DNA from: a bacterium UBP14_UBA6098 | Lineage (GTDB): Bacteria; UBP14; UBA6098 | Length of the DNA: 64,000 nucleotides | NCBI GenBank assembly: GCA_002428525.1 | Contig: DIWU01000014.1 | Span: forward strand, 16,637-80,636 | Direction of reading: 5' to 3' | Part shown: in pieces, positions 54,233-63,997 of the stretch | Numbering within the stretch: the stretch's first letter is position 1 | Layout: the number at the start of each line of letters is the position of its first letter | The notes under the pieces: generated by a model | Seen by the model: the letters and a program-made list of their open reading frames with translations, nothing else | What the model was told of the DNA's origin: nothing | The model's database searches: none | Program-made: the position numbers and the translations under genes

Positions 54233-56972
54233 CGGCTGTTCCCCTCGTTTCGGTGATAACGACTACAACCCTGCGGTTGATCGTTCGGCCCTCGGGAAGT
54301 TCCTCGGCCCCTATCAGCCTCTTCGACAGCTTGCCATCCTCCCAAAACTCGATGGTATATGGCTCCGAGGCGGCATAACCCCTGCTCGAGATACTGACCT
54401 CGTTCTCGGCCATCCAGCGGTCGAGTGCCTCGCGGCTATCGAGGCCGAGAAGGCCCTTCATATAGGCGAAAAGCCTCGTCTCGACGGCCTTGGCCCTCTG
54501 CTCGGAAAGCTCGATATTTCGGCGATGTCCGCCGATCTCGTCTGTATGTCCTTGAAGCTCGGCGGAGATAGACACGCCGTCCTGCGCGCCCTTTTCGACG
54601 ATATGCCGCGCAACCCATTCGAGCCGATCCTCGAGGAAGCTCGACTGCGCCGAAGGCCCGTCGAATATGAATTGCACGAGAAGCAGTCTGTCGATTCGCT
54701 CCTCGCGAAGCATAACCTCCGCGCCGATCTCATTTTCGGTGCAAAGTTTCGAGGCCTGCCCGAGCTCGTCGAGCGCGGAGAGGCACAGGGAAAAGCGTTT
54801 GCCGAAGGGGATAATTCCGCCCTCGCGGTCTTTCCAATCCCAGCGAAGGGCCTTTTTCACAGGGCCTTTGCCGGTGGCGAGCTCGTGGAGGGTTCGGCCG
54901 GCCTCGTCCACGAGAGACAGGCGCCATTCGGAGATGCCCGCCTCGGAGGCCGCGGAGAGCGAGATCACGCAGTCGGGAAGCTCGCTCGGTTGGTAGCTCA
55001 GCGCCGAATGAACCTCTCGCGGCTTGAAGGCGATGGCGTCGCCGGTTAAGAAGATGAGCGCTGAGTCGGCGGGGATACTATCGTCGGCGCCGGCGAGGAC
55101 TCGATCGGAGTAGTATTCGGGGAGGTTCGCGAGCAGGAGTTCCTTGATCTTGAGCGCGCGGAGGATCGCCGCATCCAAGGCGTTGCCGGCTGAGGAGGCG
55201 CGAACGACGAGCATAGCCATCGGGTTCGCCCGAAGCGCTGTGATAACTGAATCTGCGATGATAGCGGCATCTGCGGTCGAGAATTCATCGGCTCGGGGCC
55301 GAAACTCGAGCCGGGGCATAACGACCGAGATCTCGGCCCTTCGGTTCTCGCTATCGACAAGTCGTTGATACTCTTGATATTGGCTTCGTCGTGGGATTCG
55401 CTGGCGATCGGGGGCATCAGCGCCAATTTTAACCCTATCGGCAGAGCCGGGCGCGAGCCTCGACAGCGCCGACCTCACGGCAGATGCTCTATTTTCGGCA
55501 ATCTCACGCAAGCCCGGCTCGGAAAGCTCGTCGAAATAGCCGTTGACGATAAAGACTGCATCGGGGTTACTGGTCAGCCTTTCGGCGAGCAATTCGAGAA
55601 GGGGGTCGAACCGCGGGTCAATCTGAGAGGAGGCGGCCTCGAAGAATACCGCCGGCACGATCGATTCGTCCTGATTGATATACTTAGCCGCGTCGATTTT
55701 TGCGGCCTTCGGGGAGGCCTCGATCGCGAGCTGTGGCGGCGCGAAGGCAATAGCGACCGCGCTCGAGCTATTATTGTCCTCGCTCGACTCGACGAATTCG
55801 TCCTTAGGATCGACGTTGACCTCGAAGCTGTAAACCCCCGCGGAATCGAAGGTGAAGGGGAGGCGGATCAGCGAGGGTTCCCCCTCGACTATCGAAATCT
55901 TCGTGAACGGCTCGAGTTCGAGGCTGTTCAAACTCAAGCCCACGAGGACATCGGAGAAATTCCCGCCCTCGGCAACGAGGCGGATCGTGAGGAAACCGGT
56001 ATCGCCCAAGGCGTATCTTTCCCTGTCGAGGGAGAGCGCCGCTGAGAGGTCGGGCAGTTCGAGTTTACGCTCGAAGAAGCCCGTGAGGGCGAGGTTGTGT
56101 CCGCTCGAGGCTTGTCCCAAATCGCCGCGATGGAGTTCGAAGCTATAATCGAATCGTAGCGGGATCCCCCAAGGGAATCCGAGGGCGATCCCGAAGGATA
56201 TATCGCGCTCGTCGAAGGCGGCGTTCAGCTTCAAGACCTCGGCAATAGGGGGGGTTTCATAGCCGAGTTTGTAGGCGATCTCGCTTCCATCCGGCGCGGA
56301 GGGGGAAAGGCCGGCCTCTGCGAAGAATAGACCGAGATTTCGCGGGTTGAATGAGGCGGTCGCGCCGAATGATCTGCCGATATTGGATTCGAGATTGTCC
56401 CTGAGGGCAAGATCGGGATCGAGGAGGTTTTCGGCTGATAAGCCAATAAGGAGTTCGTTCACCGGGGAGAAGGCAAGGCCGAGGTCCATTGAAAAGGCGG
56501 CCTTCGAGTATCCCTCCGAGAAAACCGGATCGTCGGGGAAATCCTCCGAGCCGAGATCGAATTCGCCCCTTTGAAAGGAATCGTAGAAAAGACGGCCTCT
56601 CGCGCCGATCGCGGCCCTCCCGAGCCGCCTCGACAGGACGAGGCCGAGGTTGTTCATCGAGTAGATATTCGATTGGAGCAAGCGCCATTCCGCGCCGGCC
56701 TCGAAGGCCCCGAGGCCTCGCCGGTATTCCGCGCCGGCGGAGCCGATATAATCGCCGATTCCCGCGAAGGGTGCCGAATATGCCAATGTGAAAAAATCGA
56801 TACCGGCGAGCGAGGCCGTCGCGGGATTGCCCGCGGAATAGACCTCCGTTCCGCAGAACGGGCGAAGGCCGCCGAGCCCCTCGAGCGCCGAAAGGTCTGT
56901 CGAGCCGATCAATGCGGGGGCAAGGCAAGCTAAGAAAAGAATACATCTCATCGCTCGTCGGAGTTTATACAT
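54225..56972 (-). CDS. large outer-membrane protein with putative N-terminal beta-barrel and two OmpA-like peptidoglycan-binding domains
   Basis: Signal peptide followed by Gly/aromatic-rich beta-strand-like sequence. Two OmpA_C-like segments: NGYFDELSEPG...ENRASAVRSAL and GHTDEIGGHRRNIELSEQRAKAV. Overlaps the giant gene's start by 8 nt. Confidence 0.65.
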   Translation of the reverse strand: MYKLRRAMRCILFLACLAPALIGSTDLSALEGLGGLRPFCGTEVYSAGNPATASLAGIDFFTLAYSAPFAGIGDYIGSAGAEYRRGLGAFEAGAEWRLLQSNIYSMNNLGLVLSRRLGRAAIGARGRLFYDSFQRGEFDLGSEDFPDDPVFSEGYSKAAFSMDLGLAFSPVNELLIGLSAENLLDPDLALRDNLESNIGRSFGATASFNPRNLGLFFAEAGLSPSAPDGSEIAYKLGYETPPIAEVLKLNAAFDERDISFGIALGFPWGIPLRFDYSFELHRGDLGQASSGHNLALTGFFERKLELPDLSAALSLDRERYALGDTGFLTIRLVAEGGNFSDVLVGLSLNSLELEPFTKISIVEGEPSLIRLPFTFDSAGVYSFEVNVDPKDEFVESSEDNNSSSAVAIAFAPPQLAIEASPKAAKIDAAKYINQDESIVPAVFFEAASSQIDPRFDPLLELLAERLTSNPDAVFIVNGYFDELSEPGLREIAENRASAVRSALSRLAPGSADRVKIGADAPDRQRIPRRSQYQEYQRLVDSENRRAEISVVMPRLEFRPRADEFSTADAAIIADSVITALRANPMAMLVVRASSAGNALDAAILRALKIKELLLANLPEYYSDRVLAGADDSIPADSALIFLTGDAIAFKPREVHSALSYQPSELPDCVISLSAASEAGISEWRLSLVDEAGRTLHELATGKGPVKKALRWDWKDREGGIIPFGKRFSLCLSALDELGQASKLCTENEIGAEVMLREERIDRLLLVQFIFDGPSAQSSFLEDRLEWVARHIVEKGAQDGVSISAELQGHTDEIGGHRRNIELSEQRAKAVETRLFAYMKGLLGLDSREALDRWMAENEVSISSRGYAASEPYTIEFWEDGKLSKRLIGAEELPEGRTINRRVVVVITETRGTADE

Positions 56973-57131
56973 CGTATAGTAATTATCTAAAATTATCCCC
57001 GCGGGTCAAGTTCAAACTTTATTAAAAAAACGAGTGTTCGATGACGATTTTCGGAAAAAACCTTGCAATAGCGAAGAATCTATTTATTTTAAAAGCAAAA
57101 TTTCAAGTTTTATCAAATTCGAGGAGGAAGG

Positions 57132-58304
57132 ATGAGAAACAAATTCGCCCTTATCGTTATGATTGCAATCGCGTTGGCGTTTTTGGCCTGCCAGAGCGCG
57201 GAGCTGACCTCCGCCAAGGTTTATGTCCAGCAAAACGACTACTCGAAAGCGCTGGAACAACTCAAAATAGCCGAACAAAAAGAGCCGACCAACCCCGAGG
57301 TCTTCATTATGCTCGGCAAACTTTACGCCGAGATGGACAGCTTCGCTCAGATGACCCGCGCCTTCGACCGCGCGCTGGAGCTGGACAGCACCGAGATAAA
57401 AGATATTCGCGCATGGCGCATCGATAAGCGCGCCGATGTCTTCCGCAAGGGGCAGAAGTCCGGCGAGAATCAGAAGTGGGACGAGGCGATTCGGCATACC
57501 GAGACCGCCGTCATGATCGATCCCTCCTACGCCGACGGCTGGTCGAATCTCGGCTTTTTTTACCAGAAGAAAGGCGACAAGGACAAGGCTCGCGACGCCT
57601 ATTACAAGGCCTTCGAGCTCGATAATACGAATGTTATGCTCGCGAAACAGGCCGCGGTCTTCAAATACAACGACGGCGACCTCGATGGGGCTATCGGGAT
57701 ATTGAATTCGGTAATCGAGGCGGGGAAGCCCGATGTCGAGACCTATACGCTCTTGGCCAACTTCTATGTCGCAAAGGGCGAAGCGGCAAAGGCCGACGAG
57801 GTCCTCGACCTCGCGCAGGCCCTCGATCCGAACAACGCCGATCTGCTTTTCGATCGCGGAGTGGCGAAATACAGCCAGAAGGATTACGAGGGCGCAATCG
57901 TTTATTTCGGCAAGATACTCGAGATCAACCCGACAAACCGCGACGCCCTGTATAACCTGTCCCTAAGCCAATTCAGCGCGGGCAAATACGCCGACGCAAT
58001 CGTCACCTCAGAGAAGCTCGTCAAAAACAACCCGCAGGACAAAGAGGGCTGGGATCAATATTCGCTTTGCCTTCTCCGCGGCGAGCAGGTTCAAAAGGGC
58101 AAGGACGCCAATCTTGTTGTCGAGTCGATTGGCGCGATGGAGGCCGGCGATCTCGACACCGCGATCAAGAATCTCAAGGGCGTCACCTCGAAGAATAAAG
58201 ACTGGTGCGCGGCATGGGCGGTTCTCAAGATCGCTTGCGATCAGAAGGGCGACGCCGAGGGTTCCGCGGCGGCCCAGAAGGGCCTCGACGGTTGCGGAAA
58301 ATAG
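57132..58304 (+). CDS. TPR-repeat lipoprotein
   Basis: Lipobox LAFLAC and multiple TPR units (ALEQLKIAEQKEPTNPEVFIMLGKLYAEMD and others). Confidence 0.7.
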   Translation: MRNKFALIVMIAIALAFLACQSAELTSAKVYVQQNDYSKALEQLKIAEQKEPTNPEVFIMLGKLYAEMDSFAQMTRAFDRALELDSTEIKDIRAWRIDKRADVFRKGQKSGENQKWDEAIRHTETAVMIDPSYADGWSNLGFFYQKKGDKDKARDAYYKAFELDNTNVMLAKQAAVFKYNDGDLDGAIGILNSVIEAGKPDVETYTLLANFYVAKGEAAKADEVLDLAQALDPNNADLLFDRGVAKYSQKDYEGAIVYFGKILEINPTNRDALYNLSLSQFSAGKYADAIVTSEKLVKNNPQDKEGWDQYSLCLLRGEQVQKGKDANLVVESIGAMEAGDLDTAIKNLKGVTSKNKDWCAAWAVLKIACDQKGDAEGSAAAQKGLDGCGK

Positions 58305-58332
58305 CTCGGATCGAGCCGATTGAAATCTTATT

Positions 58333-58361
58333 CGGGGAACCGCAGGGTTCCCCTTTTTTTG
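58333..58361 (+). terminator. Rho-independent terminator
   Basis: GGGGAACC-GCAG-GGTTCCCC followed by TTTTTTT. Confidence 0.6.
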
Positions 58362-58365
58362 GAAA

Positions 58366-60795
58366 ATGAACCCTAAATTCGCAGATATAGCTATTCCCTC
58401 CGGGCCGAATATGAGCCTCACCTATGAGGTTCCCGAGTGGGCCTCGGGGATTATCCTTCCGGGAATGCGGGCTGTTGTGCCCTTCCGGCAGAGGCATGTA
58501 GTCGGGGTTGTTGTGCGCCTTCTCGACGAGACCTCTGTGGCGAAAACCCGGGCAATCACCGAATTGCCGGATGAAAAGCCGCTTTTCACCCCCGAAATCC
58601 TGCGCCTTCTGAACTGGATATCGGATTACTACTCATGCTCCCGCGGCGACGCCTTTCGCGCGGCGCTTCCGGGGGGTATCGGCATCGATGTCGAGCGCGA
58701 GATCGCGCTCGCCGGCGAGGAAGCTGATCGCGAGGGTCTTTCGGCGAAGGCCGGAAGATTGCTCGAAATCCTCGAGCAAAGGGGCGATCTGAAGGAGGAA
58801 ATCCTCTGCAAGATCGCGGGCTCGCAGGGCTTCATCAAAGCCCTCGGAGAGCTTCGTTCGAGGGGGATCATCCGAATTCGCCTTAGAACTCGAAACAAAC
58901 AGAGGCCGCTTTTAGTCGAGGTTGCGAGGCCCAAACTCTCGCGCGCGGAGCTTATCGAGCTTCTCGAGACGATTCGCGGCAACGCCCCCAAGCAACGCGA
59001 GCTTCTCGAGTTCCTTGCGGAGGATACAAGCGCGGAGCATCCTCGCCGCGACCTGTCGGCCCGATTCGGTGCGGGCGCGGTGAAGACCGCAATCGAGCGG
59101 CAGTGGCTGAAGATCGAAACGGTGGAGGTTTTCCGCCGGCCGGAGAACGACCCCCGCTTGAAATCGAAGTATATCGGCCCGGAGCTTACCGAACTCCAGC
59201 TCGGTGCGGCCGCTCCGATAGTCGAAGCAGTCGAGGCGGAGCGCTTCGAGCCGTTCCTCCTTTGGGGCGTCACAGGAAGCGGAAAGACCGAGGTATATAT
59301 GCGCGCGGCCGCCGCGGCCAGAGACGCCGGCAAGGGAGTGTTGATCCTCGTGCCGGAGATCGCCCTCACTCCACAGCTTTGGGGGCAATTCGAGGGCAGG
59401 TTTCCCGAGGAGGTCGCGGTGCTTCATTCGGCGCTCAGGCCCGGCGAGCGCTTCGACGCATGGCGCAAGCTCGCCGGTGGCGAGCTTAAGATCGCTATAG
59501 GTCCTCGGAGCGCGGTTTTCGCGCCGGTGAGGGATCTCGGACTGATTGTCGTCGATGAGGAACACGAATCCTCCTACAAACAGGACGAGCCACCGCCCTA
59601 CTACAGCGCCCGCGATGCGGCGGTGGTTCGCGCCTCGATAGAGGGATGCCCGGTTGTGCTCGGATCGGCTACGCCCTCGGCGGAGAGTTACTACAATGCG
59701 ATCACCGGAAAATACCGACTCTTGGAGCTTCCCGAGCGAATCCCCGGGGCCGAGTTACCGGGGATTAGAATTGTCGATATGACCGAGGAACGCGAGCAAT
59801 TCAATAACTACAGCGTCTTCTCGCGGGTGCTCGAGGGCAAGCTCGTCGAGACTCTCGAAAAGGGATATCGCGCGATGCTTCTTTTGAATCGGCGCGGTTT
59901 TTCCTCCTATCTCCAATGCCCGGATTGCGGCTATATCCCGACCTGCGAGTCCTGCGGAATAGGGCTGACCTATCACAAGGCGGACTCGACACTCAAATGC
60001 CATTACTGCTCGGCCGAGTTCCCCGCACCGGATACTTGCCCTGTTTGCGGCTCGAGCAAGATCAAGTTTCGTGGGCACGGCACCGAGCGAATCGAGGAGG
60101 AACTTGCTAAGATTGTTCCGCAAGAGAAGATCTTCCGCCTCGATGCGGATTCCGCGAAGGCCGAGGGCGTGGCGAAGATACTCCGCGATTTTCTCTCGAC
60201 GCCGGCCTCGGTCCTTGTAGGGACGCAGATGATCGCCAAGGGGCACGATTTTCCCGATGTCGCGCTGGTCGGCGTGTTAAATGCGGATATCGGGCTGGTG
60301 ATTCCTGATTTTAGAAGCTCTGAGAGGATATTTCAGTTAATAAACCAAGTGGCGGGCCGCGCAGGCCGTAGCGATATCCGCGGAGAGGTGATAATTCAGA
60401 CCTACCGCCCCGATTGTCCGGCTATCGATTTCGCAGTCAATAGCGATGTCAAGTCCTTCTTCGAGTTCGAGTTACGCTCGCGCGAGGAGCTGAAATATCC
60501 GCCCTTCGGGAGGCTTGTGCGGGTTTTGGCCTTGGGCGAGGATCCCTCCGAGGTTCGGACGGCTATCTTCACACTCACGAGGGAGCTTGCGAGGGTCCAA
60601 GCCGCGAAGAGGGATTTTACACCACTCGGGCCGGCCTCGTGTCCGCTTTCAAAGTTGAGAAACAACTATCGCTGGCATCTGTTTTTAAAGACGGATAAAA
60701 TCAAATCGACGCTCGATACAGTTAAAAGAATAGTCGAAAAGATCCCCGGCGATGTCCGATATAAAATTATTGTCGATCCTCAAAACCTATTGTAA
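58366..60795 (+). CDS. priA: primosomal protein N' (replication restart helicase PriA)
   Basis: Walker A GVTGSGKTEVY, a DEEHE box, and a Cys-rich zinc region CPDCGYIPTCESCG...CHYCSA...CPVCGS. Confidence 0.9.
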   Translation: MNPKFADIAIPSGPNMSLTYEVPEWASGIILPGMRAVVPFRQRHVVGVVVRLLDETSVAKTRAITELPDEKPLFTPEILRLLNWISDYYSCSRGDAFRAALPGGIGIDVEREIALAGEEADREGLSAKAGRLLEILEQRGDLKEEILCKIAGSQGFIKALGELRSRGIIRIRLRTRNKQRPLLVEVARPKLSRAELIELLETIRGNAPKQRELLEFLAEDTSAEHPRRDLSARFGAGAVKTAIERQWLKIETVEVFRRPENDPRLKSKYIGPELTELQLGAAAPIVEAVEAERFEPFLLWGVTGSGKTEVYMRAAAAARDAGKGVLILVPEIALTPQLWGQFEGRFPEEVAVLHSALRPGERFDAWRKLAGGELKIAIGPRSAVFAPVRDLGLIVVDEEHESSYKQDEPPPYYSARDAAVVRASIEGCPVVLGSATPSAESYYNAITGKYRLLELPERIPGAELPGIRIVDMTEEREQFNNYSVFSRVLEGKLVETLEKGYRAMLLLNRRGFSSYLQCPDCGYIPTCESCGIGLTYHKADSTLKCHYCSAEFPAPDTCPVCGSSKIKFRGHGTERIEEELAKIVPQEKIFRLDADSAKAEGVAKILRDFLSTPASVLVGTQMIAKGHDFPDVALVGVLNADIGLVIPDFRSSERIFQLINQVAGRAGRSDIRGEVIIQTYRPDCPAIDFAVNSDVKSFFEFELRSREELKYPPFGRLVRVLALGEDPSEVRTAIFTLTRELARVQAAKRDFTPLGPASCPLSKLRNNYRWHLFLKTDKIKSTLDTVKRIVEKIPGDVRYKIIVDPQNLL

Positions 60796-60800
60796 ATATT

Positions 60801-62687
60801 ATGCCCTATGTTAATTTAGACAGAGTGACAGTCGATTTCGGCTCGGGGCCGATTCTCGACGAGATTGGTTATACTATCGAACCCGGCGATAAGATCGGCC
60901 TCGTCGGCCCCAACGGCGAGGGCAAGACGACTATGCTGTCGGTGATCGCGGGTGTTCTCAAGCCGCATTCCGGCGATGTCCATGTCCAGCGCGGAATACG
61001 AATCGGCTACCTGAGGCAGGAGCACGCCCTCGAGGGCGGGCTTTCGCTATTCGACGCGGTCTATCGCTCGCACCCGGAGGTCTATTCAATCGAGCGAAGG
61101 CTGGAGGAGCTTTCACTCGGCGGCCTTAAGGAATGCGACTTCGAGGAGTATCGCCGCCTCGAGAACCGGCTCTCACAGCTCGGCGGCTATAACTTCCAAA
61201 GTCGCGTCGAGGCGGTGCTTTTCGGCCTCGGTTTCTCGAAGGGGCAGTTCTCGACCGAGGTCGAAAAGCTCTCGGGCGGCGAACGCAATCGCGCGGCGAT
61301 AGCCTGCATTCTCCTCGAAGCGCCGGATATTCTCCTCCTCGACGAGCCGACGAACCATATCGACTACGACGGTCTGCAGTGGCTCGCGGAGTATCTTCAA
61401 AACTCCTGCAAGACCTATGTCGTAGTTTCGCATGACAGGTATTTCCTCGATGTTATCGCGAGGGAAACGGTGGAAATACGGGATGGCGAGGTCAGCAAGT
61501 TCGCGGGGAATTATTCTTTTTACGAGAAGGAGCGCAAGCGCCTCGACGAGGAGCTTATTGCCAAATATGAGGCTCAAAGGGCCGAAATCGCGCGCACTGA
61601 GGATTTTATTCGGAAAAATATCGCCGGGCAAAAGACCAAGCAGGCTCAATCGCGGCGCACAATGCTCGCAAAGCTCGAGCGGATCGCGCCGCCGCCGAAG
61701 GCCGAGGAGATAAGGGTTCGCTTTAAAACCGCCGCGCGCGGGGGCGAGGATGTTTTTCGAACTGAGGGCCTTTCGGTTTCATTCGGCGAGCGCAAACTCT
61801 TCGAGGGCTTCAACTTCCTCGCGAGACGCGGCGACCGGATCGGGGTCGTCGGCCCGAACGGTTGCGGAAAAACCACCTTGCTTTCGGCGATTGCCGGCAG
61901 GCTCGAGCCCTCCGCGGGCAGGGTGCGAATCGGCTCGGGAATCAAGAAAGGCTATTATTCGCAGGACTTTCAGGAGATCGACGAGTCGAATTCGGCCTTT
62001 GAGGAGATTCACGATTTCGACCGAACCATGACCGAAGAGGCGGTTCGAAGCTCGCTCGCGCTCTTTTCGCTCTATGACGAGGACATCTTTCGACCGCTTA
62101 GAACATTCTCGGGCGGCGAGGTCGCAAGGGTAGCGCTACTCAAGCTCTTGCTCGGCGGCGCGAACCTTCTTTTGCTCGACGAGCCGACGAACCATCTCGA
62201 TATAAAGTCCAGAATCACGCTCGAAAAAGCGCTATCTCATTTCGAGGGAACAGTTATTTTTGTAAGCCACGATCGATATTTCCTGCGCAATGTCGCCCAG
62301 AAGATAATCGCCTTCGAGCGCGGCCAAATCACCCTTTTCGACGGCGGTTTCGAGTATTATCTCGAGCGCAGGGCGGCGCTGAACAAACAGGAGTGCAGGC
62401 CCGAGGCAAAGGACAGGCCGAAAACCGCGGATGAACCGGCCCGATCGAGCCGAAAGAACCTCTTTCGACTGGAAAAGGAGCGTGCGCAGGCCGAAGACGC
62501 AATAGCCCGGCTCGAGGCCGACCTCACGAAGATCTCTCAGCTTCTATCGGAGGAGCATGTTGCCGGCGATTGGGGGCGGATGTCCGCGCTTCTGGCGGAG
62601 TTCGAGGCCTCCAGCAAACGCCTCGAGGGGCTTCTGGCCGAATGGGAGCGCCTCGAGGAGCAACTCGCCGAGGGCGAGGGTTGTTGA
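60801..62687 (+). CDS. ABC-F family ATPase (tandem ABC domains, no TMD; Uup/EttA-like)
   Basis: Two Walker A motifs (GPNGEGKTT, GPNGCGKTT), two ABC signatures (LSGGE, FSGGE) and a C-terminal coiled coil. Confidence 0.85.
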   Translation: MPYVNLDRVTVDFGSGPILDEIGYTIEPGDKIGLVGPNGEGKTTMLSVIAGVLKPHSGDVHVQRGIRIGYLRQEHALEGGLSLFDAVYRSHPEVYSIERRLEELSLGGLKECDFEEYRRLENRLSQLGGYNFQSRVEAVLFGLGFSKGQFSTEVEKLSGGERNRAAIACILLEAPDILLLDEPTNHIDYDGLQWLAEYLQNSCKTYVVVSHDRYFLDVIARETVEIRDGEVSKFAGNYSFYEKERKRLDEELIAKYEAQRAEIARTEDFIRKNIAGQKTKQAQSRRTMLAKLERIAPPPKAEEIRVRFKTAARGGEDVFRTEGLSVSFGERKLFEGFNFLARRGDRIGVVGPNGCGKTTLLSAIAGRLEPSAGRVRIGSGIKKGYYSQDFQEIDESNSAFEEIHDFDRTMTEEAVRSSLALFSLYDEDIFRPLRTFSGGEVARVALLKLLLGGANLLLLDEPTNHLDIKSRITLEKALSHFEGTVIFVSHDRYFLRNVAQKIIAFERGQITLFDGGFEYYLERRAALNKQECRPEAKDRPKTADEPARSSRKNLFRLEKERAQAEDAIARLEADLTKISQLLSEEHVAGDWGRMSALLAEFEASSKRLEGLLAEWERLEEQLAEGEGC

Positions 62688-62771
62688 GAGGATTGGTATG
62701 AAACTTTGCCGCGGGAGGGTTAATCGTTATTGTTCAAAGCTTTGTATTACAAAACTTTGACCGAAAGGGCA

Positions 62772-62802
62772 AATTAAAAGGGCGCACTCGATGCGCGCCC
62801 TT
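62772..62802 (-). terminator. Rho-independent terminator for the 62835..63224 gene
   Basis: AAGGGCGC...GCGCCCTT stem. On the minus strand it is followed by TTTTAATTTG. Confidence 0.5.
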
Positions 62803-62834
62803 GAAAGACCATAGCCCGATGCAATAATTCGAGA

Positions 62835-63224
62835 TCACTCAACGAAGATACTCACTCGGTTGGGGCCGTCGTCAACCGAGACTATCTCACCGTCGGCGCC
62901 GTCTTTGACGGCCTGCACTATCGCCTCGAGATCGATGTTGTGGCCGTCGAGTTGGGCGCGGGCGTCCGCGGGGAGAAGGCCCTGCATCTTGGTGAGTATC
63001 TGGACGAGTTTGAGCGGAAGGTTGACCTTCACCTTTTCGACACCGGCCTCGGTGATTCTGATTCTGAGCCACCTATTGGGTTTGCCGTTTTCGGCGACGG
63101 CCCGGGCTTGTTCGCGCTCGTTGTCGGTAACGGATCCGAGCGCGTCGAGAAGGCGTGCGGCTTCGGCGGCAGTGATCTTGCCGGCCTCGAGCATATTCAA
63201 GATTTGGTTTCTTTCGTCGGACAT
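62835..63224 (-). CDS. small helical protein resembling the YvlB/LiaX N-terminal domain
   Basis: N-terminus ERNQILNMLEAGKITAAEAARLLDAL resembles the LiaX/YvlB N-terminal helical domain. Adjacent to a DUF4097 gene. Confidence 0.45.
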   Translation of the reverse strand: MSDERNQILNMLEAGKITAAEAARLLDALGSVTDNEREQARAVAENGKPNRWLRIRITEAGVEKVKVNLPLKLVQILTKMQGLLPADARAQLDGHNIDLEAIVQAVKDGADGEIVSVDDGPNRVSIFVE

Positions 63225-63412
63225 AATCCCCCCTAAATCAATAGATATTTGATGAACAGCGAGCTTGTTTTCAGATCGGCCGATTTCGAGTTCTTCGATC
63301 CGGATTTTCCCCGACCCGAGATTTCATTTAATTCGGGTTTCTTTTCAGCCATGACGCCCTCGCTTTCAAAGGCCGATATTCGGCTTTTTTCTGCGCTTGG
63401 CATTTTGCCTCC

Positions 63413-63997
63413 TTATTTTTTTGAGATATTGATATCTCCGCTTTTGTTAGAAATCTCGATCATGATATCGGAAGCCTCTTGCCGCGCGCCGAGCGAGGAT
63501 TGGAGTTCGGGATCGATCGCGACCTCGCCCTCGCCGCGCTCGACAGAGATAGCGACCGATTTCCCGCTTGGAACCGAGACATCGATATCGCCGGAAAAGG
63601 TCTTCAGCGAATAGCAACCGTCGCCGGAGATTCCGAAGGAAATATCGCCGCTCTTAGTCGAAATCGCGAAACGGCCTTTCGATTCGGAGATTTGGGCATC
63701 GCCGGAAACGGTGCGGACAGTCCATTCGCCGGAGCACCTTGCGATATCGGCATCGCCGGAGACAGTCTCCACGATGATCGAGCCGTCGATCTCTTCGGCT
63801 GACAAATCCGCGCTGACAAGGTTCAGTGTGGCCGAGGAGTTTTCCTTGATTTTAAGCTCGATATCGCCATTGATCGCGTCGATTGCGAGGCAGTCTTTAT
63901 CCACCAAGGTTCTAAGCGGCCAGCCGGTGCCGTCGAACTCGACCTCGTCGGAAGCGGGTGTAAGCTTGAGGTTCCCGCTGACTATTTTGACCTCCAT
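63413..63997 (-). CDS. DUF4097-family beta-repeat protein (putative adhesin/LiaX-YvlB C-terminal-domain-like)
   Basis: Repeated short beta units (SGDI..., SGDADI, SGDAQI, SGDISF, SGDIDVSV) typical of DUF4097. Confidence 0.6.
   Translation of the reverse strand: MEVKIVSGNLKLTPASDEVEFDGTGWPLRTLVDKDCLAIDAINGDIELKIKENSSATLNLVSADLSAEEIDGSIIVETVSGDADIARCSGEWTVRTVSGDAQISESKGRFAISTKSGDISFGISGDGCYSLKTFSGDIDVSVPSGKSVAISVERGEGEVAIDPELQSSLGARQEASDIMIEISNKSGDINISKK

Noticed and set aside
58366-60795. Possible mobile-element context for umuDC/priA (looked for an integrase, transposase or att sites across 44-62 kb)
   Set aside because: No integrase, transposase, relaxase or tRNA attachment site is present. 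The flanking genes (pta, clpC, DUF72, priA, ABC-F) are chromosomal housekeeping genes.
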